Assembly: GCA_965112155.1 (NCBI GenBank)
Contig: OZ218115.1
Source: Podarcis liolepis
Lineage: Eukaryota
Length of the DNA stretch: 64,000 nt
Reading direction: 5' to 3' (one strand)
In this document: one piece after another, positions 51,001 through 60,000 of the stretch
How positions within the stretch are numbered: the stretch's first letter is position 1
How the letters are laid out: each line of letters begins with the position of its first letter
Notes under the pieces: generated by a model
Told to the model about the DNA's origin: nothing
Seen by the model: only the letters and a program-made list of their open reading frames with translations
Databases searched by the model: none
Position numbers and translations under genes: made by a program

Positions 51001-54000
51001 TTCCCGCCGGAGCGGTACCTATTTATCTACTTGCACTTTCAAACAAACTTGTGCTTTCAAACTGCTAGGTTGGCAAGAGCAGGGACCGAGCAACGGGAGT
51101 TCACCCCGTCATGGGGTTTCGAACTGCCAACCTTCTGATCAGCAAGTCCTAGACTCTGTGGTTTAACCCACAGCGCCACCCACGTACAAACACCTTTAAG
51201 TCGAGCTCTATGAGGCAGCTATTCTATTCATGACACCCTGGATCCCCAAAGATTGTTGGGCTCCCATCATTCCATTGGCTAAAATAGCAGGATTATGGAA
51301 GCTGCAGTCCAACCACATCTGGGGACCCAAGGTTGAAGAACGCTGTCCTAGGAAAACACCCACCTTGTCAATGTCCTTGTCAACACCCACCTGCCCCCAC
51401 TGTGGTCAATCTCCCAATTGTTTAAGAAGTCCTCCAGACCCTCCTCTGCACACATGTAATCCCAAGCCTTTACCACCTGTTCCTGGACTCACCTGGGCCA
51501 TAAGCTCTGGCTTTCTTGGGGTTCAGTTTGGGCCTAAGGGGGGCTCCTGGCTTTAGCTTAGCTTTGGGGAACTGGGAGAGGTATGTCATGACCGAATGCT
51601 CATCAACATTGGGGTCCACAATCTCTTCAGGAGTGATCACCTACAGAGGAAAGAAGGCAATTAGCTGGAGACAGCAAAGAAGAGGAAAGTTTACCTCTCA
51701 CACGCCAGGAGTCAAGTACAGAGCAGGCACAGGATGCAGCCTCCCAGGAAACCCAGTGCTTGCTTTTCAAAAAGTAGACTTCTAGCCCTGAAGGCTGCAG
51801 AGGGGGGCCTAGAATTTTAAGCATTTATGGGAAATCTAAGCAGCATCCTGGAGGGGGGTGGTGTCAAGGGATAACACACCTTCAGACTCTACATTGCTCA
51901 CTTGCCCCTGGCCAAAACTGGAAGCAGTAAACACTTTTGCCAATACATCTACCCATAGCAGAGTTCAGCTGAACACAAAGTATCTGAGCTGCTTACCTGT
52001 GGGATGCCCAGCCAGTCATCCGCTTGCTGCATGGCCTCCCGGGCATTGTTGACAGGTTTGCTAGCATCCCACGAATCCCAGTCAGGGCACAGACCTATTT
52101 GAGAGAGTGTCCCAGCTCTTTGTCAGTCACACACAGTAGTAACACTTCCTCCATACAGATCTCTGGAACAGTGCTCTGGGGCACTGTAGCATCCGTCCAC
52201 AACGTAAGGTAGAAATAAAGCCGAAGGAGCAGGCATCCAGCACAGGCCACTCCAACACAGGCATCCCAAACCCTCAGCGGAATATTAGACCCAGGGCCAA
52301 GATGGAGTTGGCATCAATGACAAGGATAGCCAATGCTGGTGCCCTCCAGATGATGATGTACTCCAACTCCCATCAACCCCAGCCAGCATGGCCATGGTCA
52401 AGGATGACAAGAGTTGTAGTTCATAAACTTCTGGAGGGAGCCTAACTGGCTACTCCTGATCTATGGGCCAACTAACACAGGAAGTAGTGCTGGCCTCCAG
52501 CTCCCATGTGAGCAAGTCAGAAGAGGCCTCCTTGCAAACCTCTCAAGTTCACCCTCTCACCCCCCACATGAACAGTGCTGCTCCTTCGCTTACCTGGGGC
52601 ACAGCTGTCAACAAGAGCGCCTAGTGCCCGGCCGCTCTGCCAGTCCTTGCTGAAGTTGGTGATGGGCAATTGAGGCAGTTTGTTTTGGATCCAGCCCAGC
52701 AGTCGCTGCTTGGGGGTTTGTTTCTTGGCCTCTTCGTCATCTTCCTCATCCCACATGGGCATGGAGATAGAGTAGTGCAGGATGAGCGTCCAGATCAGGC
52801 CCAGGATCAGCTTCAGATTCCCATCCACGATAGCTTTGCTGTCTGAGAGTCAGAAGCACAGTTCAGCATTCACAAAAGAGGACAGTGACCGGGACACTTT
52901 CAGGGAAGACGAGCCCCACTCAGGAACATCCTAGGCCTTCTCCCCTCGGAATTCTCTCCTTTAGTAGGAGGAAGGCCAGTCTCTACACCTAAGGAAACTC
53001 AAGAGGAAGCCTGCAGGCAGTTTCCACCAAGTAATAAGTCCACTCCCACCTTTTCTCACCTCCTCAATAGATTGGAGACCTATAGAACAAGCTTCTAGCA
53101 AGAGATTCTGTCCTTAGGGGCCTGAAGAAGCTGGTGGGAGGGATTTTGATGAAGAATGGCCATAATTTGACTGCAGGTAACATGCTGGAAGAAACTTAAA
53201 AATGATTTTAAAAGTGGCCTGTGTGTGCTGGTTACTACCATGCCTTTTTCACTCACTGGCCACTGCCTGCCACTTTAGATGCCATCATTTCCACCGACCA
53301 TGTACTAAGAATGGCTTTCCTTTATACAGTCTCGAGTCTCTTTGGTAGTGTCTCTTCCACATCTACACTGCCTAACCTTATTTTAAAATAACAGTGACAG
53401 AAAATAAACAAGTTGCAATTGATACTTGATGTATTGTTCTTGCTATGGGTTCTATTTATTATTTTTATCTCCTGCTTCATCCAGGGAATTTTGGGTGGCA
53501 TACATGGTCCATACTCCCTCAAGTTTCATTACAACAACCCTATGAGGTAAGTTTTGGCTGTGAGGGAATGAGGGTCTCAAGATCGCCCAGCAAGCTTTCA
53601 TGACTGAGGAGAGATTTGAATCTGATGCGAATACAGTTCTCCAGCCACTCACAATGGCAGTCAAACTTTATGCAAACTAGTTTAAAACCTGATAAATCTG
53701 AAAGCACCAGAAGCTGACTGGACTGGACTGAGCTCAGTGGCTATAGCTTTGCTTCATTTTCTCCTTTTCCTTGCAAAGTGTGGTGACAACAATGCTCCCC
53801 TCCTTTGGCAACATGACAGTGAGATGAAGTATTCCTGTAGCTGTGAATCAGACTCAGGTACACTTACTTGGAAGTAAGGAGCCACCGGCATTGTACACTA
53901 TATAAAGCTGTATCACTTTCAACAGTCATGGTACGTCCCCCTAAGAATCCTAAGAAATGAAGTTTGTTAAGGATGCTGTTGCGTGACCTCATTACCCTCA

Positions 54001-57000
54001 CAGAACTACAACTCCCAGAGTTATTTGGGAAGATGGATTGACTGGTAAACAGTAGATCTGTGAGAGGAATAGTGATCTTAGCGGCCTTAACAAACTACAA
54101 TTCCCAATATTCTTTGGGGGACACCTTGACTGTTAAAGTGGTATAAAAGTGTCTGCTCCTGTACCTAACAGCCTTTTCCCTTAGAATATTGGAAAGACTT
54201 GAAACAGGTCCTAAGAGTCATTCTCTCCCTTGCCCTCCTCCTGAGGTAAAGTTGACTGAGAGGTGATGCCCAAACTCTAGAATGCCCTCAGTAGCTCAAC
54301 GTATCTGGTGCCAACCCTTAATTGAGTTTCAGGGACTAGGCAAACATCATTTTATTTGCACAGGCCTTTTAATTTGTTTTGTTTTAATAACATGCTTGCA
54401 GTTCAGTTCATTCCAACAGCTACAGCATTTTTGCCACAAATTTAAGTAAAGGAATACCAAAACACAAAATTATTCCCAGTGAGTCAATTCAGGAGCAAGT
54501 CAACAAGTGCTGAAAAAATCCAGTACTAAACATGCATGTGTAAAATGGCCCCCACAGTTAGGCCCAATTTTGCTACAAGGCCATAAAGAAAGGCAGCCAA
54601 TGAAGCCTGGGGGTGGGGGGGGGGAGCCATGTACTTCTGCCCCAGGCCCTTTGTTGGCCCCACTTTATTTGTTTCTATCCCCATATATGTATCTCTTATG
54701 TAGATTCTCCTACAATTTCTGTTTGCAACATGCTGCCATGAATCCCACAGTATGTGGGATGTTACCAAACATAGATTTTTGTTACCTTGAGGTCATGAAG
54801 CAAGAAAAAGCAGAAATCTTGCAAAGCAAAAGCATCACTCAGGCAGCCCTTAATTCAGGTGTTCTGCTGCGCTGACTGCGTGCCGACTCAAAAAAAATTG
54901 GTGAGTCAGAAGATGTCATGAAGGGAATTTGGAGCAAAGGAAGATAGGGATGGGAAGTGGAGGAGACACTACCCAAGAGCCGCTTGGTGAAAGTGTATGA
55001 AGGAATCCCACCCTTTGTATATGGTTAGAGGCAACAGAAGAGAAAGCAGCAGCAGCAGCAGCAGCAGCAGAAAGAGGCCTGGCCAGGATTGCGCAGCAGC
55101 AGATTGATGTAAACACACCAGATTCAGGGAAACAAAGAATTCCTTCAATGCACTGGCCTCCTGCCAAGATTAACCTCTCCAGAGACGAGACACAGCAGCT
55201 GAAAGGGGCCCAACTATTCTCCCTCAGCTCAGGTTCAGACAAGTCTTAAGCAACCTTCCTCTAAACCCCAAGGGGTAGGCAAGCTGGATAAAGCTGAACT
55301 CCCACAGGCTCTAAGGAACAGCCCAAGGCCCTGCCCTGCCTTCCCTCGCCTTCAGTTGTGGCTCCACCATTATGGGATTTACTCCCAAGGGAGACCCACC
55401 TGGCCTAGTCATGGTTTGCCTTTTTTCCAGCAGGCAGTGAAGACCTAGCTATTTTCAAGGTCAGCGTTGTATTGCTTGACTATGCTATTTATTATGCATT
55501 CTTCTGCTTTAAATGCATTTGATGTTGTGCATTCTTTTATTCTATTTTTTTAAGCCAGTGTACAGATCCTATGGGTACCGGAGCACAAGGTATGAAGGAA
55601 GAATCAACCTCCAGATACAAAGTGAAAGAGACTGATGAAGATCAAGGCAGCAGAAGAGAACCTAGAATGAATTCAAAGCGATGGCCTAATCTCAGAAGCA
55701 CAGAACCTGTTCCTAGGTGTAAGATTTTCTGAGGGGCAGGGGGGTTCCCAGAGCCAACCATTTCACTGACTCCCAACATGGAAGCGGAACACCATGTCCA
55801 AGACGTCACCAAGCCAAGCACATCCTAAGTGCTTTATGTGGTGAACTACAGTGGTACCTCGGGTTAAGAACTTAATTCATTCTGGAGGTCCGTTCTTAAC
55901 CTGAAACTGTTCTTAACCTGAAGCACCACTTTAGCTAATGGGGCCTCCCACTACCACTGCACCGCCAGCACGCGATTTCTGTTCTCATCCTGAAGCAAAG
56001 TTCTTAACCTGAGGTACTACTTCTGGGTTAGTGGAGTCTGTAACCTGAAGCGTTTGTAACCCGAGGTACCACTGTACTCTGTGATTTTCCAATAAAGGGC
56101 AGCATACAAATGTAATAAATAATTCCTGCAGCTGCACAAACACAAGAAGGTGGTTTTCACGGAAGTAGGAAAAGGCTTCTTGCAAGTGCATGTGGGGTGG
56201 GTGTACATGCAACAGAAGTCAGAAAAATTACTGAAGAAACCTTCCAGTGGTTTGAGGTCAGGTTTTCAGTGCCCTTTACATTTATATAGAATCATAGAAC
56301 AGCAGAACTGGAAGGTAGCCCAAGGGTCATCTAGCCTGACCCCCGCAAAGCAGGAATCTCAACTACAGCATCCCTGACAGCATCCCCGAGGCTGAAGGCA
56401 GCCCTGTATTGGGAAGTTTCCAGTGTTTGATGTTTCATTGTGTTTTCATATGCGTTGGAAGCCACCCAGCCATATAGGCAGGGTATAAATAATAAAATTA
56501 TTTATTTTGTGCTTAAAGACCTCCAGCGAAGGAGTCTACATGCTCCTCTACCCCATAACAGCAAGGGGAAGCAGAATTATGAAAAGTGGTTTAACTTGCA
56601 TAATTTAGACAGGTCAGTTGTCTTTTTAGTATGGAAAACAAGCAACTCTGTTTTATGGTCCATAAAGGAAGAAATTAAGTATCTGGCACCTTCTGGAAGA
56701 ATATACTTACATGTTTACAGGGAACGTGCTCCCTGGTTACATAAAGCTTGTGGCTAGGGACCCCCACAGTGACAGGACCGTGCATGTGTGTTTTGTTGCA
56801 TGTGCTGTGGAACTGCTTTTTGCTACAACAGGGAGCGGAATCTCAGGCTCAAGGGCCAAATGTAACCCTCAAAGCGCCTCTGTCTGCCACTGAAACTCAA
56901 CAGGTACTGGATGGAGAAGTGTGTGTGTTTGTAGATACAGTGGTACCTCTGGATACGAACAGGATCCGTACCTGAGCCCCGTTTGCATCCTGAAGTAAAC

Positions 57001-60000
57001 TTAAGACGCGACTGCGCGTGCGCGGGTTGCCACTTCCATGCATGTGCGTGAAGTCATTTTGAGCGTCTGTGCATGTGCGAGCAATGAAACCTGGAAGTAA
57101 CGCGCTCCGTTATTTTCGGGTCACCGCGGAGCGTAACCCGAAAATATTCATCCCGAAGCTACTTCAACCTGAGGTATGACTACTAGCCTAGTATACAAAG
57201 CTAAATTTTACATTTGCTGCTCTGGCCCCACCCACCAGTTCCATGAGGCTCCCAGAGTTTGGCTAGATGGGAATGTGAAAAAGGATCTCCCTCCCTTGAA
57301 CTACAGCTTCCTAGCATCCAGACATGTGCTACTGCCACACAATATACACACTTGGACCCAATAGGCTTGGGTAGGACCCATTTCCTACCCAAGCAGTCTG
57401 TGGCCTCCAAACAGTTAACATGACACAACCCTCAACAGTATTAGAGGGAGCTGCTATTCTCCCTCTGCAGCAGATTGCAGGATCTGGTTACAGGCAACAT
57501 GGAGTGAGTACCATCCTGAAAAAGGGCATTTTCCAAGCTTCCATCTGCATTCTTCCCTCCCCATCGCACACACTTTAACTTCTGCCCTCCATATCCACTG
57601 AGCCCCATAGCAGCTGGAAGCATTCAAAAGAGCAGGCGTCAGGGCCAGTCTCAAAGCTGGAGAGGAGCATTCAACACTGTCGAGCTGAATAAGCTGTAAA
57701 CTGCAGAACAAGCATTATCAAAGAGGACAGGAGGGCCAAAGGGAATCTAAGACCCAGAGGCCACTGAGATTCACCCACATTAGGCCACATGCCCCCTCCC
57801 TCCCCGGGAGCAGAGACCCAGTCAAGGCTAGAGAAGCTGGCTCTGTACCGCCCACCCAGCCACAGAGCAGACCGCTCCAGCATTTTTTAGCCTTATATGG
57901 AGTGGCCGGCAGGCAGCAGCTCCTCTGTCCCAACAGGATTCTCCTTCCAGGGGGAGGGAAAAGAACGCCCCCTCCACATGTTTGGCCTGGTCCCTCCCTC
58001 TCTGCCCGCCTTCCCTACATCCTGCCTCTCTGTGAAGAGGAGCAAAAGACCCGCCCAGCCCATCCTTCTCCTCACCCCAACCCAAGGAGGAGGAGGAGGA
58101 ACAGACAGGCACACCCAGGCACAGGGCTACCCATCTCTAGCCTACAGGCATGGTTATGGTGTGCGCACGCCCTTCCACTTCTCAGCAACTGCTTGCCAGA
58201 CCTTGTCTGAGTCAGAGTCTGTGGCCCAGGGACTGACTCACTGCATTGACGGCAACGCAGGATTCTCATCTCCCACTGCCCTCAGGGTCTTCTGCAGGCT
58301 CCAGGGGGAGTCAAACAGAGCAGGGGGTAGAACCCTCCATCCAGCTCTTGCTGGACCACAACTCCCATCCTTCTTGACCACACTGGGTAGGGCAGATGCA
58401 AGTTGGGAGTCCAACAACATGGGGCCCATTTAGAACCTCACTTACAGGGAGCTGGAATGAAAGCCAGTATCCCTTCGGTGGGCCTTATCTTCCCATACAG
58501 TACGGCTTTACAAGTGTTACACACAGCCACCACATTGCTGAATATCTAGCAAGTTTACCACAGCAGTCAATCTAATCCAGAATTTCCTATCATTACCAGC
58601 TCACAACCGTGTAGAGCACATCCAGACAGATACACCAAGAGGGTTTCATCAACAGAGGGGTCCCTGCAGCAACGTACATGGGCAGCTGCCAGAAATAGGC
58701 AATAGGGAACTTTTTAAAATAATAAAAAACCCTGCAACTTCAGGATAATAGGTGGTTTTGTACCTCTGGATAGTCACCAGAACAACAACTTAAGACTTTA
58801 AGGTACTCAAAGTAACTAGGCCTTTGAAAGCTGTCTCTGTATTACAAGGTGTGTTACCCCAACTTTACCCCAAGATATGGAGTTCCTGGTCAAGTGGACA
58901 AGGAACCACGCCAGGTCCAACATAAGGTAACACAGGACTACACTTTTTGTGTCAGATCCACCTAATCATAGCCCACCAGTACTAAGGCCTGCCAGGCATT
59001 CAACACACTGCCACATTTTTGCAACCCTGGGCCAAACACAGCTAAATGAAAACCCTGCTGGGTTGTATTTAGCTTGCAGAGTCACAGGCCCAATTTTAGT
59101 GAATACAAGGAGCTACATGTGTTGGGATGTCAACACATCCCAGCTGACACCAGGTCTTTACAAACTGATAGTGCAGGAAAGAGCAGGAATGAGACCAGGG
59201 CATCAGTACAGAAAATACATTCTGCTTATATTGGCAACATGGATTGACACCAGCCATTCCAGGAGCCAAGGGATAGCAGTAGGAGATGACTGTGGGTTTT
59301 TTTAAAATAATTATAACAGTATTTAGTCATGTCACTCTTTTCCACCTAAGTTTGGTCTAGTTGACTTCCTCAACAAAGGGCTATGGGCAAACCCCAACCC
59401 CAGAACAGGCTATGGATGCTCATGACCCTGAATCAACAGTGGGGATGTCTGGGCCCAGTGAATTGTCTGGGAATAGCAGATGTTTCAGCAGTGCTGTGGC
59501 TGAGCAGGCATGATAAATCTGAATGAGAGGCCACCGGAAGCTCCCTGCAAAAGCAAGGTATGCATAAGCCACTGGTTTTTCCGAAAAGCTAATGAGACAT
59601 CCAGGATCCCCACATTAATGAGTCAGACCTAAACTAGAATCAGTTACTTCCTCTACCAGGCAATGCAAGAGCCAGGCTGCTCAGGGCCAATGTTACACTA
59701 TTTAGAGACACACCCATCCACAGCTTTTACTGCATGGAGTTTTTACCAGCGGAGCCACCACCAGTCAGTCCAAACCTAGATGGCTGGTAAGCTATCCAAA
59801 AGTCTCCCTTTGCTGGGACCATAAATGCCAAGCATCCAAGCCAATTCAAGCTGCCCAAGCATGGAAGCAGCCGAGAGTCACCACCCATTTCCAAGAAAAG
59901 GCTGCTCCTATTATAAGGCAAAGGACAATTAACAGTCATTTGCTTTCTTGTATTTCTGCCAAAACAGGAGACCCTTGAACTTTTGCTTCAGGAGCTAGGG

